DNA of 62,085 nt from Thecamonas trahens ATCC 50062 (GCF_000142905.1 NW_013657604.1:1-62085); one strand, 5' to 3'; counted from the stretch's first letter, positions 1 to 10,398 are shown. Made by a program: numbers and translations. The notes: generated by a model not told the origin, from the letters alone.

Positions 1-2
1 GC

Positions 3-1373
3 GCGCTGCTAGCCAGTGGTATGTGCCGGATGGCGTTCACAACGAATTTCGATCCGGTTGTAGAAAAGGCTGTCGCTGAGATATCCGGAAAGACGTTGTC
101 AGCCTATCACCTCGAAGGTCCTCAGAATGCTGTGTCGGCGCTCAACAATGAACAGTATCCGATCTATTGCAAGCTACACGGTGATTTTCAGTATGACAGC
201 ATAAAGAACCTGCCATCTGATCTGGCAACGCAAAATGAAGAGCTCTCGAAGTGCATGGCCATAGCCGGTTCAAGGTTCGGCTTTGTCGTTGCAGGGTATT
301 CCGGGCGCGATGAGAGTGTAATGGCTTTGTTACGGGCCATAGTGGAAGCTCCTAACCCATTCCCGCACGGCCTCTACTGGTTGAAGATGAGGAGATCGAA
401 ACCCCTAGATAGCGTCACCGCGCTCATGAGGAACGCCAAAGCTGCCGGAGTTCGTGCCGAGTTCGTTGACATCGATACCTACGACACCGTGATGCTCCGG
501 CTGTGGCGTAATCTTCCCGATAAGCCGGATGAGCTTGATGCGAAGGTGCGAAAAGGTCGCGTTGAAAGAGTTCAGATCACAATACCAGCTCCGGAGGGTG
601 GCAAGCCTGTTCTACGCTTCAATGGGCTGCCGATGATACAGGTCCCGACGACCTGCACCAAGGTGAAGCTGAAATCTGCCACAAGCTGGGAGGCTATTGC
701 CGAGCTCAAACGAAAGCCGGAGACGGGCGCAGTTCTCACTTTTGACGGCGACGTCATGGCTTGGGGCAAACCAGACGATATTAAAGACAGCTTCGGAACG
801 GATTTCCTCGACCAAAGCGAGATGACATTCGATCCGGATTGGCGAACAGGATCGCGACTTCACATCAAGAACTTTCTCGAAGAGGGTTTAGGGTGGGCAC
901 TTTGCCGCGAACGGCCGCTGCTCCAACGTCGCCAGAGGTCTGGGGTTTCCTTGATCGTTGATCACAAGGCTCAGAATGTAGGCATTTTGGAGGACTTGTA
1001 CCGCGAGGTCGGCAAGGTCACCGGGCTAGTACCAGGGCTTTCCCTGCCAGCGACCGAAGAGCACAACGCTGTCCATCAAGTGCATTTCGCCGAGGCGGTT
1101 CACCTCTCGCTTAGTTATGCTGACGAGCGACTCTGGTTGCTCTTGAAACCCGACGTTTGGATATGGCCGACATTTGCGCGTCAGCATGCAACGCAGTTTT
1201 TAGACAGACGCAAAGCGGAACGACGGAACGACAAGCACGACCATCTGCTTTCTGCCTGGATTGGTATATTGTCCAATCATGCCGGGAGGAATGTTGAGGT
1301 GACCGTCTCTCCCTTTGAGGACGGTGTTGATTATGCAAATCCGGTTTTTGGCTTCTCAACACAGACACCTTGA
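3..1373 (+). CDS. SIR2-APAZ protein (NADase partner of short pAgo), 5' end outside the window
   Basis: Frame open from window edge; SIR2_2 motifs TTNFD, KLHGD, GYSGRD; APAZ-like C-terminal half; directly upstream of a short pAgo. Stop lies just before an N-gap, so the 3' end is less certain. Confidence 0.85.
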   Translation, partial: ALLASGMCRMAFTTNFDPVVEKAVAEISGKTLSAYHLEGPQNAVSALNNEQYPIYCKLHGDFQYDSIKNLPSDLATQNEELSKCMAIAGSRFGFVVAGYSGRDESVMALLRAIVEAPNPFPHGLYWLKMRRSKPLDSVTALMRNAKAAGVRAEFVDIDTYDTVMLRLWRNLPDKPDELDAKVRKGRVERVQITIPAPEGGKPVLRFNGLPMIQVPTTCTKVKLKSATSWEAIAELKRKPETGAVLTFDGDVMAWGKPDDIKDSFGTDFLDQSEMTFDPDWRTGSRLHIKNFLEEGLGWALCRERPLLQRRQRSGVSLIVDHKAQNVGILEDLYREVGKVTGLVPGLSLPATEEHNAVHQVHFAEAVHLSLSYADERLWLLLKPDVWIWPTFARQHATQFLDRRKAERRNDKHDHLLSAWIGILSNHAGRNVEVTVSPFEDGVDYANPVFGFSTQTP

Positions 1374-1516
1374 GGCGCCCTTAGCGCCTAGNNNNNNNNN
1401 NNNNNNNNNNNNNNNNNNNNNNNNNNNNNNNNNNNNNNNNNNNNNNNNNNNNNNNNNNNNNNNNNNNNNNNNNNNNNNNNNNNNNNNNNNNCGAATGGTT
1501 TGAAGAAGGGTAGGAA

Positions 1517-2953
1517 ATGACCAATGCGCTGCCGGCATATGCGGTCTCTCTCGAACCTGAGCTGATCTTTCACGGTGGGAAGACAGATCGTCATCCCCTA
1601 CGCGGGCTGATCAATCACGGTCCTTTCAGTCTACGGTTCGGCGCACCATCAGTGGTTCGATTTGCCGTGATTGCCCCTTACGCGGATATGGCTCGGATTG
1701 ATGGGTTGGTCCGGGAGCTGAGATCATCAGCACAGCCGAAAGAAGCACCGGCCTATTATCCGGAATATCCAGGCTTTGAAGCACTGATGCGCACGCCAAT
1801 CGCTGATATCGAAGACGCTATGCGTTTCGCATTACCGGACGAACTGGACCGACTTGCGACTGCTAGGAACAGAATGGGGTTGGCGCAGTCGTTGCTCAAT
1901 GAGGTGATCAAACTGCGAGCAGAGCGCCATCGCTTTGATGTCGCGTTGGTCTACCTGCCACGCTCCTGGAGCGATTGCTTTGAGGGCGAGAGCTTCAACT
2001 TGCACCACTTCATCAAGGCCTATTGTGCCCCCACTGGTATTCCAATCCAGATTCTGAACCAAGAGAGTTTTGATCGATCATGTAGGGCCAATGTAATGTG
2101 GGGGCTGTCTGTAGCGCTGTTTGCCAAGGCCCGCGGCGAGCCATGGAAACTCACTGGACTGGACCCGCAAGAAGCCTTCATTGGTATCAGCTATGCTACA
2201 CGCCGGAAAACCGATGGTACCGGACAGGAATATACGACATGTTGCAGCCAAGTGTTTGATCCAGATGGAACGGGGTTTCAGTTTGTCGCTTATGACGCCA
2301 AGGAGTTCACGGAGGACCGCCGACACAATCCGTATTTGTCATATTATGAAATGCAGTCCGTGCTCGCAAAGAGCTTACACGTCTATCAATCTGGCCATGT
2401 CGGCCGGACGCCCAAGAAGATAACAATCCATAAGAACACGGAGTTCAAAGAGGAGGAGATCGAGGCGGCGCTAGACAGTTTCAACGAAGGCACTGAGGTC
2501 GAACTCGTGCAGGTCGTTCAATCCACCGATTGGACTGGCCTGAGATATACTTCAGGAAGACAAGCGCAGTACGGCAACCCTGCTGAACCGCCCAAGCCAC
2601 ACAACTATCCCGTCGAGAGAGGGACATACGTTCCTATTTCTCCATCGGAGGCATTGGCTTGGTCGCAGGGAAGCGTTACCCGTGTTCAGCTCAAGAACCC
2701 TAACTACAACATCTACAAAGAGGGCGCACTCAAACCGACACCATCGCCGCTCTTATTACGCCGGTTTTCTGGCTCAGGCGGGTGGCATGAAACAGTTAAC
2801 GGCATTCTCGCGCTGACCAAAATGGATTGGAACAACAACACTTTGTATAAGAAGCTGCCAGTGACAATGGTTTATTCGGGTCGCTTCGCGGAGATTATTC
2901 AGCAAAACCCCGAGCTGGTGGATCAAGTCTTTGATTTCCGTTGCTTCATGTGA
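1517..2953 (+). CDS. Short prokaryotic Argonaute (MID-PIWI), predicted slicer-inactive
   Basis: 478 aa; MID motif ([25 protein letters not shown]); PIWI motifs [23 protein letters not shown]; C-terminal FRCFM; no N/PAZ domains. Confidence 0.92.
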   Translation: MTNALPAYAVSLEPELIFHGGKTDRHPLRGLINHGPFSLRFGAPSVVRFAVIAPYADMARIDGLVRELRSSAQPKEAPAYYPEYPGFEALMRTPIADIEDAMRFALPDELDRLATARNRMGLAQSLLNEVIKLRAERHRFDVALVYLPRSWSDCFEGESFNLHHFIKAYCAPTGIPIQILNQESFDRSCRANVMWGLSVALFAKARGEPWKLTGLDPQEAFIGISYATRRKTDGTGQEYTTCCSQVFDPDGTGFQFVAYDAKEFTEDRRHNPYLSYYEMQSVLAKSLHVYQSGHVGRTPKKITIHKNTEFKEEEIEAALDSFNEGTEVELVQVVQSTDWTGLRYTSGRQAQYGNPAEPPKPHNYPVERGTYVPISPSEALAWSQGSVTRVQLKNPNYNIYKEGALKPTPSPLLLRRFSGSGGWHETVNGILALTKMDWNNNTLYKKLPVTMVYSGRFAEIIQQNPELVDQVFDFRCFM

Positions 2954-3364
2954 AGGCGGCTAAAGGTGTCATATCAATATTCAACTTTGGAGTTTGAATT
3001 TCTGTCTCTCTGGATACACGATCTAGCAAAAATGGTTGATCATTCAAATAACCTTCTCGCGCCTAGATTAGCGTTTCAACGTGTAGTCAGTTAGATTGAA
3101 TTCGCTGCAGTAGAGCAGTCATTATACATAGTAGAGGATGGTACACATGGTTGGAACGGGCCCATTGAGGCATCTAAGTGTATTCTCTATTGCCCGACAG
3201 GTCGCGTGCCCTGCAAGCTATTTTGATAAGACACAAGCCGCTCCAGACAGAGAACATTACCAAATTACGATACCAATATAGAATGCACACAAGAGTAATG
3301 ATGTTTTCTACTGAAAGAGCCTATTTCTTGACATTTATTGATTTTCTTGGATTATTTTTTTGCT

Positions 3365-5353
3365 TCACGAAATAAATGGGCCACCTCTCTGCCTGCCAAT
3401 AGTCCATGATACCGTATTCCCGTCACGCATAATCCCTGATACCTGCTTGCCAAGCTGACGCTCCAGCACAGCCCGCCACGGAACAAGCGTAAACTCCCGG
3501 CTTTTCTCAATGAGCGCATATTTCCCGCTGGCAAGTTCGACCGAACGCCGTAATGTTCCCTCCACGCGCTCGCCAGAACCGGTCTCGACATAGGTCAAAC
3601 CGAGTTCTCTCGAAAGCTGTCGGGCCATACGTGCCAGTTCCCGACGTTGTAATGTATTGATCAGATCGGAACGATAGATGATCCGGTCCTGCTCCTGACG
3701 CGCCAGTCCTTCGGAAATTAGCCATTGCCGACGTCGGGCCTGAGCATCTCGCACTTCGCGACCAAAACCGGCATCCCGAACAGATAATGAGTCTGAACCC
3801 ACCAGCTCACGATCCAGCCAGGTCGCTCCGTCACTTTCCAGTTGCTGCTCAAGCGACAGATGGGATAGTTGCCGGATGATCACCGGCGAGGATTTGCCGC
3901 GCTCCCGTTCATATTCAACTGCCCGGTCGAGATGATCGGGTGCAATGATCCATGTGCCATCCGGTTCACGTTGGACACCTTGGGTTAAGCGGCGCATGGC
4001 TTCCAGCCGCCGAACATGGGCTCTGGCATATTCCTCCGTCGCTGTCGGATCATGTTCCAAATGCACGTCGATGCTGTAACGCCCGCCATTCTCCCGGGCG
4101 ATATCGGCCACCGTGCGATCAACTTTCCGGGGCTGGATGTCTCTTGGCGAGATATGAACGATGCTGTCTTCTGGAACCGGCTCGGTCGCTTCCCCTTTGC
4201 CGATCTCGACATAACGGATATTGCCATCCACCCCGTCGACGATCAGGTAATGCCGATCGTTCAGTTCATCTGCCAGACCGCGTGTGACGACACGACCGAC
4301 GATAGGCTGTTGGTCCAATTCACTTCTTGCATCAATCACAAAATCGGCGGGGCTACGGGCAATCTCCCGACGCTTCATTTCCCGGTGCAGGGTCTTGATG
4401 ATGTCATCGCGTTCGCCCATCCGGGATAATGTTGCTTCCAGACCTTGCTCAAGTCGCCACTGACCGGGGATTATCTCCTCGGCCAGTCCAAGACGCCTGA
4501 GCTTTTGCAAGCGTCCTGCCCGCAGGCTCTGACGAAAGGCATCTTTATCTGCTGCACTGACAATCCGATCCTCGCCGATCTGACGCAGCAGGTTACGGTC
4601 AATGCTGGTCAAGCGATCCTGATCGATTTCACGCCGCAACCGGTTTTCAATTTCCAGATCGGTGCGCGGTCCGAGATCGAGGCTGACAATCTCTGCCGCC
4701 CGTTCCCGCATGCCGCGTGCCATGTAGTTGCGGGCAATAACCAGATCGCGCTCCTGATCATCCTTGCCGCGCACGAGAATATGGCTGTGCGGATGGCCGG
4801 TATTGAAATGATCGACCGCGACCCAGTCGAGTGTCGTGCCCAGATCGATTTCCATCTGCCTCATCAGCCGCCGGGTCACGGGTTTGAGATCGGCATATTC
4901 TGCACCATCCTCGGCCGAGACGATAAAGCGGAACTGATGCCGATCACCATCGGCCCGTTCAAGAAACGCCTTGCCATCCGCCCGATCCTGATCGGCGCTG
5001 TAAAGCTCGCCGGGCAAACCTTCTCTTGTAACGCCGTCGCGCTGGATATAGCGCAGATGCGCCCGTGCACCCTGCATGCCTTTCCCGGTCAACCGGACAA
5101 TCCGTGATTTGATAATCACCAGACGCTGCCGAAAAGCGGCATAGTGATCACGACTGGCGAGAACCTGCCCGGCCCCGCTCGCACGTCCCAACCGGCTGCC
5201 GGTAAAACGGGACCGGCCCAAACGCCGAAATCCCCCTGCCCGATTGGTCGCTGCCAGCACTCGATGCAGGAACTTGCGCCCACCCTTGCCGCCACGCGAG
5301 CGGATCTTGCCAAGCTTGGGTTTGAAGACATCGTCAGCCATTGTGTTCTCCAC
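3365..5353 (-). CDS. rlxS: MOBP relaxase (VirD2-like, DUF3363)
   Basis: HLRYIQRDG, FRFIVSAEDG, DHFNTGHPHSH (HUH), C-terminal GATWLDRELV; start 5353 or 5341. Confidence 0.92.
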   Translation of the reverse strand: MENTMADDVFKPKLGKIRSRGGKGGRKFLHRVLAATNRAGGFRRLGRSRFTGSRLGRASGAGQVLASRDHYAAFRQRLVIIKSRIVRLTGKGMQGARAHLRYIQRDGVTREGLPGELYSADQDRADGKAFLERADGDRHQFRFIVSAEDGAEYADLKPVTRRLMRQMEIDLGTTLDWVAVDHFNTGHPHSHILVRGKDDQERDLVIARNYMARGMRERAAEIVSLDLGPRTDLEIENRLRREIDQDRLTSIDRNLLRQIGEDRIVSAADKDAFRQSLRAGRLQKLRRLGLAEEIIPGQWRLEQGLEATLSRMGERDDIIKTLHREMKRREIARSPADFVIDARSELDQQPIVGRVVTRGLADELNDRHYLIVDGVDGNIRYVEIGKGEATEPVPEDSIVHISPRDIQPRKVDRTVADIARENGGRYSIDVHLEHDPTATEEYARAHVRRLEAMRRLTQGVQREPDGTWIIAPDHLDRAVEYERERGKSSPVIIRQLSHLSLEQQLESDGATWLDRELVGSDSLSVRDAGFGREVRDAQARRRQWLISEGLARQEQDRIIYRSDLINTLQRRELARMARQLSRELGLTYVETGSGERVEGTLRRSVELASGKYALIEKSREFTLVPWRAVLERQLGKQVSGIMRDGNTVSWTIGRQRGGPFIS

Positions 5354-5409
5354 GACCTTTCAGCAACATTTGGCACCGGAAAAAGCATGGGTTTCCAAGG
5401 GATAACACC

Positions 5410-5530
5410 GATGATGGCACCATCCCCACCCGCCTTGGCACTATCTTTGATCCTGAAAAAAAGATGTGCAGACAAAGACTTGAGGGCATCGAGGCAACGC
5501 GATGGTGCCGTTCTTTTATCTTGCCCTACC
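5410..5530. promoter_or_regulatory. Candidate oriT upstream of rlxS
   Basis: TATCTTGC (5517-5524) resembles the MOBP nic motif TATCCTGC; inverted repeat GGCACCATC (5416-5424)/GATGGTGCC (5501-5509). Confidence 0.45.
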
Positions 5531-5683
5531 GGGCTTCTGAGCCACCTACCGTCCCTCCTGCGATCACCTGCGATCTCTCACTGAACCTCGGCTCGGGCAA
5601 CGGGTCGCGCACCGGCCAGGATCACCACACAAAGAAGTCGGGAGCGGCACTTGGCGGTACCGCTCCCAGGGTGGCTCATGGCA

Positions 5684-6046
5684 TCATCCGCCGCCCGCGA
5701 AGAACGCCTGATCGGCGCTCTCGAAGCTCTCGAAATGCCGCAGACCGAGCATCCAGTGGACATGCCGATCGGCATCGATGAGGCACGTCGCGACGTAGTA
5801 GCGGGCGCGGAAGTAGCCGAGAATCGCCACCCGCTCGAACGTCTCGTCTTCGTCGTCGAGGCTCTCCCAGGCGCCGAGATTCATCTCCGCGATGCGTCCG
5901 TCCCAGTGGAAATCGGCCCGCTCGGCGGCGATAAAATGCTCGATAACGGCGTCAATTCCGTCGCTGCCGAACTCGGCGGTCAAGTCGCGGCGGAGCTGCG
6001 GGAAGCGGTCGAACGCGGCGTGCGGATGCGTGTGAAGCGTGGTCAT
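5684..6046 (-). CDS. Hypothetical acidic protein (120 aa)
   Basis: ATG at 6046 with GGAGGT RBS; protein-like composition. Confidence 0.7.
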   Translation of the reverse strand: MTTLHTHPHAAFDRFPQLRRDLTAEFGSDGIDAVIEHFIAAERADFHWDGRIAEMNLGAWESLDDEDETFERVAILGYFRARYYVATCLIDADRHVHWMLGLRHFESFESADQAFFAGGG

Positions 6047-6102
6047 CGGAACCTCCATCGTTGCTGTCCTCCTCATCGAGGACAGCTCCCGCCATCGGCC
6101 GG

Positions 6103-6227
6103 CGAAGCGGCCGTCAAGGACGCCGGAGGCGCCGCGCCAGCGGGGCGCGGGGGAGCCGAAATGCGGAGCGGAGCGCCAGCGCAGCGGAGCATTTTGGGGG
6201 GACCGCGCATCCTTGACGGCCGCTTCG
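6103..6227. repeat. Perfect 18-bp inverted repeat (large stem-loop), Frpo-like candidate
   Basis: CGAAGCGGCCGTCAAGGA (6103-6120) / TCCTTGACGGCCGCTTCG (6210-6227); contains TTGACG. Confidence 0.7.
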
Positions 6228-6301
6228 TCCTGGCTGGTACGCTGGGATAACCGAGACGAGGTTCTCTCTCTCCGACAGGGCACCGTCCGTGCCGCCGCGG
6301 C

Positions 6302-6943
6302 TCATCGGTCTCTGTCCGGGACGGTGCGCAAGGGCACGAACAGGTTCCCCGAGGCCGGCGCCGCCAAGGGTTTGTGACCGCCCGCGACTGTCGTGCGCAG
6401 AGGAAAGAAGAGACGCCGATCCGGAAGGACGATCCCATCGATGCTGGTTGTCAAGCGGGTCGGATCAAGTCGCGCGAGGAATAGACGCGTCTCGCGCGGT
6501 AACGGTCGCCCGTCAGTCAGATGCTCCTGGTATCGCCTGGGCCCGGCGTTGTAGGCGGCGAACAGACCCGGGAATCCGAAGCGTTCGTAGAGGGCGCGGA
6601 GGTAGGCGGTCCCGGCCAGAATGTTGTCGCTCGGATCGTGCGGATCGTGACCAAGGCCATTTCGCCGGCGCATCTCGTCGTAGGTGTCAGGCATCACCTG
6701 CATGAGGCCCATGGCACCGGCGGATGAAGTGATCGGACGGCCGTTGAGCATGGTTCGCCCGGCGCTTTCGGCCTGGATGACCGCGCGTATCCAGAGTGCC
6801 GGGACGGCGAACCGGGCGGAGGCCCCGGCGATGAACGGCTCCCAGCGGTCGAGCCGCTGCTTGATGGCGGCCGGTTCGGCGACGGCGGAGGACGGGCACG
6901 CCAGCGTCGCGACGGCAACCATGCCCAGCACCCGGACGGTCAT
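6302..6943 (-). CDS. Lytic transglycosylase (SLT, msi107-like)
   Basis: Signal peptide; AES, GAMGLMQVMP, AAYNAGP motifs; ATGA overlap with traF stop. Confidence 0.9.
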   Translation of the reverse strand: MTVRVLGMVAVATLACPSSAVAEPAAIKQRLDRWEPFIAGASARFAVPALWIRAVIQAESAGRTMLNGRPITSSAGAMGLMQVMPDTYDEMRRRNGLGHDPHDPSDNILAGTAYLRALYERFGFPGLFAAYNAGPRRYQEHLTDGRPLPRETRLFLARLDPTRLTTSIDGIVLPDRRLFFPLRTTVAGGHKPLAAPASGNLFVPLRTVPDRDR

Positions 6944-7738
6944 TCGGTCCATAGCGGCACGAGCCTCCCAATGATCGTGGCGCACCGCACCGGCCCGAAA
7001 TACCGGCTGTCGAATGAGCCGCGGACATGTGCCATCAGCAGGAAGACCTCGTCGGCGGCGAGCGTGCGACAGCCGGTCCAGCGCGGCAGCACACGGCCGA
7101 AGGAGTCGCGATTGCGACGCGTGGCGACATACGTGCCGTTGACGAAGACGGCATCGCCGACGGCGCAGACGACATCGTCCGCAACCGCCACGAGACGCTT
7201 CACCAACGGCACCCCGACCGGCAGATAGCCACGGTCGGCCGCGAGCCGGCGGGNNNNNNNNNNNNNNNNNNNNNNNNNNNNNNNNNNNNNNNNNNNNNNN
7301 NNNNNNNNNNNNNNNNNNNNNNNNNNNNNNNNNNNNNNNNNNNNNNNNNNNNNNNNNNNNNNNNNNNNNNNNNNNNNNNNNNNNNNNNNNNNNNNNNNNN
7401 NNNNNNNNNNNNNNNNNNNNNNNNNNNNNNNNNNNNNNNNNNNNNNNNNNNNNNNNNNNNNNNNNNNNNNNNNNNNNNNNNNNNNNNNNNNNNNNNNNNN
7501 NNNNNNNNNNNNNNNNNNNNNNNNNNNNNNNNNNNNNNNNNNNNNNNNNNNNNNNNNNNNNNNNNNNNNNNNNNNNNNNNNNNNNNNNNNNNNNNNNNNN
7601 NNNNNNNNNNNNNNNNNNNNNNNNNNNNNNNNNNNNNNNNNNNNNNNNNNNNNNNNNNNNNNNNNNNNNNNNNNNNNNNNNNNNNNNNNNNNNNNNNNGG
7701 CCGCAGACGCCCGACGACAGGAGCCGGTCCTCACGCAT
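6940..7738 (-). CDS. traF: S26 family conjugative signal peptidase (TraF), interrupted by N-gap; start uncertain
   Basis: PLVKRLVAVADDVVC and SFDSRYFGPV motifs; position in rdfS-traF-slt-rlxS order. Confidence 0.8.
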
Positions 7739-7961
7739 CGGAGGTCGAGCCCTTGGACCGGGAGTCCGACCACGCGTCGAGGTCGTCGATGTGGTAGCGG
7801 ACGTAGCGACCGTGCTTGCGATACTTCGGCCCGCCGCCGGTCACGCGCATTTTCTCGAGCGTGCGGCCCGATAAGCCGACGTAGTGGGCGGCCTGGGCGG
7901 TGTTGAGGAAGGGGCTGCCTTTCTTCGCGCGGGCGGCGCGTTCGTGCTCGTCGTCGCTCAT
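7731..7961 (-). CDS. rdfS: Recombination directionality factor / excisionase (winged HTH)
   Basis: FLNTAQAAHYVGLSGRTLEKMRVTGGGPKYRKHGRYVRY; first gene of the operon; FseA box upstream. Confidence 0.85.
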   Translation of the reverse strand: MSDDEHERAARAKKGSPFLNTAQAAHYVGLSGRTLEKMRVTGGGPKYRKHGRYVRYHIDDLDAWSDSRSKGSTSDA

Positions 7962-8049
7962 CGTCGTCACCTCGTCGTCCGGAGCGCGCGACCGGCAGGA
8001 TCGCGCCGTTGACGGCGAGGATGGGCGCGCGAGGGGGCGGTCCGGGACC

Positions 8050-8077
8050 GGCGAAAACCGCCGCCCGGGCATTCGCC
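8050..8077 (-). promoter_or_regulatory. FseA-binding box upstream of rdfS
   Basis: GGCGAA-N16-TTCGCC, the inverted repeat I recall for ICEMlSym PrdfS. Confidence 0.8.
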
Positions 8078-8096
8078 GCCCCTTCCGAGACAGGCG

Positions 8097-8126
8097 AAAG
8101 GCCCCGCGCCCGAAGGGCGCGGGGCC
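8097..8126 (-). terminator. Probable intrinsic terminator after DUF736 gene
   Basis: 12-bp stem GGCCCCGCGCCC/GGGCGCGGGGCC followed by TTT on minus strand. Confidence 0.55.
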
Positions 8127-8139
8127 GAGGCGGTGGCCG

Positions 8140-8472
8140 TCAGTCGACCGGGTTCCAGATGATCGCGAAGGTGTCGGGATCGTCCTGCCCGGCGGCGCGG
8201 CCGAGGTTGGCGTAGAGCTTGCGCGGCCCGAACTCCGGGGCGGCCAGGCTCAGCGAGACGTAGCTGTTGCCCGAGTTCTGGCCCACCCGCTTCCAGGCGG
8301 CGCCGAGTTCCACCCGCTCGCGGTCGTCGGTGAAGACCCGATAGTCCGGCTGGTTGTCGGCGTCCTTGTCGCGGTTCGGCAGGAGCACGACGCTGCGCCG
8401 GATGCTGAGGGTGTTGATGAAGCCCTTGTAGGAGCCGTCCGACTGGCGGTTGACGTATCCGATGGCTGCCAT
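8140..8472 (-). CDS. DUF736 family protein
   Basis: MAAIGYV...NQPDYRV...ELGAAW...YVSLSLAAPEF...YANL...IIWN. Confidence 0.88.
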   Translation of the reverse strand: MAAIGYVNRQSDGSYKGFINTLSIRRSVVLLPNRDKDADNQPDYRVFTDDRERVELGAAWKRVGQNSGNSYVSLSLAAPEFGPRKLYANLGRAAGQDDPDTFAIIWNPVD

Positions 8473-9180
8473 TGTTCGATCCTCCGTTTGATCGTGCAGG
8501 GCGCCCATCGCCCTGCTTACGGCGGACCGTCCATGGCGGGCGCCGAACCGGTGCACCCGGAGGGCCGGAGCGTCAGCGGAGGACCGGTGGAGGCGGCTAT
8601 TTTGGAGCGCAGCGGGCGCGAGGAAGCCGCGCGCAGCGCAGCGAGCACGGCGGGGAAAATAGTCGCCGGAGCCGGTTTCGCCGGAACGGGGACCGCCATA
8701 GGTCCACAAGCCGGAGCAGGCGCGTGGGCGCTTGCAACGACGGCGGATCGGACTGGAGGCGGCGCGGTCTACGTCCGCGGACGACAGCCCTACAGGCTGC
8801 TGGAATCAGACACCGGAACCGGCTGCGGCGTAGCCCCCTGCTGACCGAACGAATGACGCCGAGACCGCATCCGGCCTCGCCACTCGATGTCCGTTGCGAG
8901 CGAGCTCAGGGTCGGCCCCCAGACGGCGGCAAGACGCGGCGCCGCGTGCTCGCTGGCCGATTGCCTTGGCGCTGGACCGCACGGCTCGCAGTTTGGCCTC
9001 GGCGGGCGGATGCGGACAATAGGCGGATCATCCAAACGCGCGAGCACGGCACCGGCCGACGACGCTTGCGCCGCCGCCCACCCCGTCTGACAGGCGCGGG
9101 ACCGCTCTCTCGGACCATCATCCGGCAGCCGCATCCGATGAGCCTTGTCTCTGCGCATGGCCACGCGGCAAATTGGGACC

Positions 9181-10392
9181 ATGGCCGACGAACCTTCACC
9201 AAATCAGCCCGTGCCGCCCTGGGCCGATGCCGATCTCTCGCGATGCCTGCCGACGCTCGCCGCCGGCGGTGAGCGTCAGGATATGGAGTTCAAGGAACGC
9301 TTTCCCGGCCAGGCACGCGATCTCGCCAAGGAGATTGCGGCCTTCGCCACCTCCAATTTCGGCACGATCCTGCTCGGCGTCTCCAAGGCGGGCGGGGTGA
9401 TCGGCCTCGCGGATTGCGAAAGCGCGTCCGAGCGGGAACGCCTGCTCGACCGCGTCGCGGGCATCTGTGCGAACAGCATCAAACCGTCGGTGACGCCGGC
9501 GCTCGCGTTCGCCGTGGTCGAAGACCGCACCGTGCTCGCCATCGCCGTGCCGAAGGGCGATGCGCCGCTCTACTACGTCGCCGGAGTGCCGTACCTCCGC
9601 CAGATGGCTACCTCGCGGCCGGCTGAGCCGCACGAGGTGATCGACCGGGTTCTCGATTGGGACCGGGCGAGAAACGGCAGCGGCCGGCCGAGCCCGGAAT
9701 CCGAGTTCTTGAGCCAGACCGCGTCGCTCGTCGTCGATGTCGTCGTATACGCCGACGAACTCGAAGAACGTCGCGTCAAGCCGTGGCTCAACGAGACACG
9801 CCACGGACTCGCATGGGCGGCCGAAACGGCGCGCGACCTCGCGGCCCGGACGCCGGGAGACTTCGCGGAGATGGTCGAGCCGTTGGAGGAGATGGCGAGC
9901 AATCTCGACCGTGCTGCACACGAACGTCTCTCCATGGGCGGCGGCTGGGACGAGATGGACGCGGCGGCGCGGGCGGCAAGGGAGACGGCACGGAGCATCT
10001 GGACACGCTGGATCGAGCCGCACGGCTTCCATGCTGACTCGGTCGCCGGCGTGCGGGAGACGGTCTCGGAAAACGCGCGAAAGCTCGCGAGCCTCGCGGC
10101 GCGGCTCCAGGAAATGGACGATCAGGGACGGCTCGACGGCATCCAGTCGTCGGCCGGAGAGATCGGACTGGTGCTGCTCAAGGCCGCAACCTTCGGCGTC
10201 GGGCTCGGGGACGATCAGCGGATCGAGGAGTTGACAGCGATCGGCCGCGCCTTGCGCGACGTGGAGACCCGGACGATCTACGCCGACGGCGGCCAGTCAG
10301 CCCGGAGAATACTCGACGACGTCCGTGACGCGAGCGCGAGGCTGAACGCTTGGCTCGCCGGCCTTCCGTCTGAAGCGGAAGCGGGAGCATGA
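9181..10392 (+). CDS. AlbA_2/Schlafen-like domain protein with helical C-terminus
   Basis: GERQDMEFKE, KEIAAFAT..GTILLGV, PYLRQMATSRPA. Confidence 0.8.
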   Translation: MADEPSPNQPVPPWADADLSRCLPTLAAGGERQDMEFKERFPGQARDLAKEIAAFATSNFGTILLGVSKAGGVIGLADCESASERERLLDRVAGICANSIKPSVTPALAFAVVEDRTVLAIAVPKGDAPLYYVAGVPYLRQMATSRPAEPHEVIDRVLDWDRARNGSGRPSPESEFLSQTASLVVDVVVYADELEERRVKPWLNETRHGLAWAAETARDLAARTPGDFAEMVEPLEEMASNLDRAAHERLSMGGGWDEMDAAARAARETARSIWTRWIEPHGFHADSVAGVRETVSENARKLASLAARLQEMDDQGRLDGIQSSAGEIGLVLLKAATFGVGLGDDQRIEELTAIGRALRDVETRTIYADGGQSARRILDDVRDASARLNAWLAGLPSEAEAGA

Positions 10393-10398
10393 ACGAGA

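Noticed and set aside
1517-2953. Active slicer or long pAgo
   Set aside because: No N/PAZ domains; GIS replaces the first catalytic Asp motif
2954-3364. Small ORF or ncRNA in the AT-rich spacer
   Set aside because: No RBS-supported ORF or convincing structure seen
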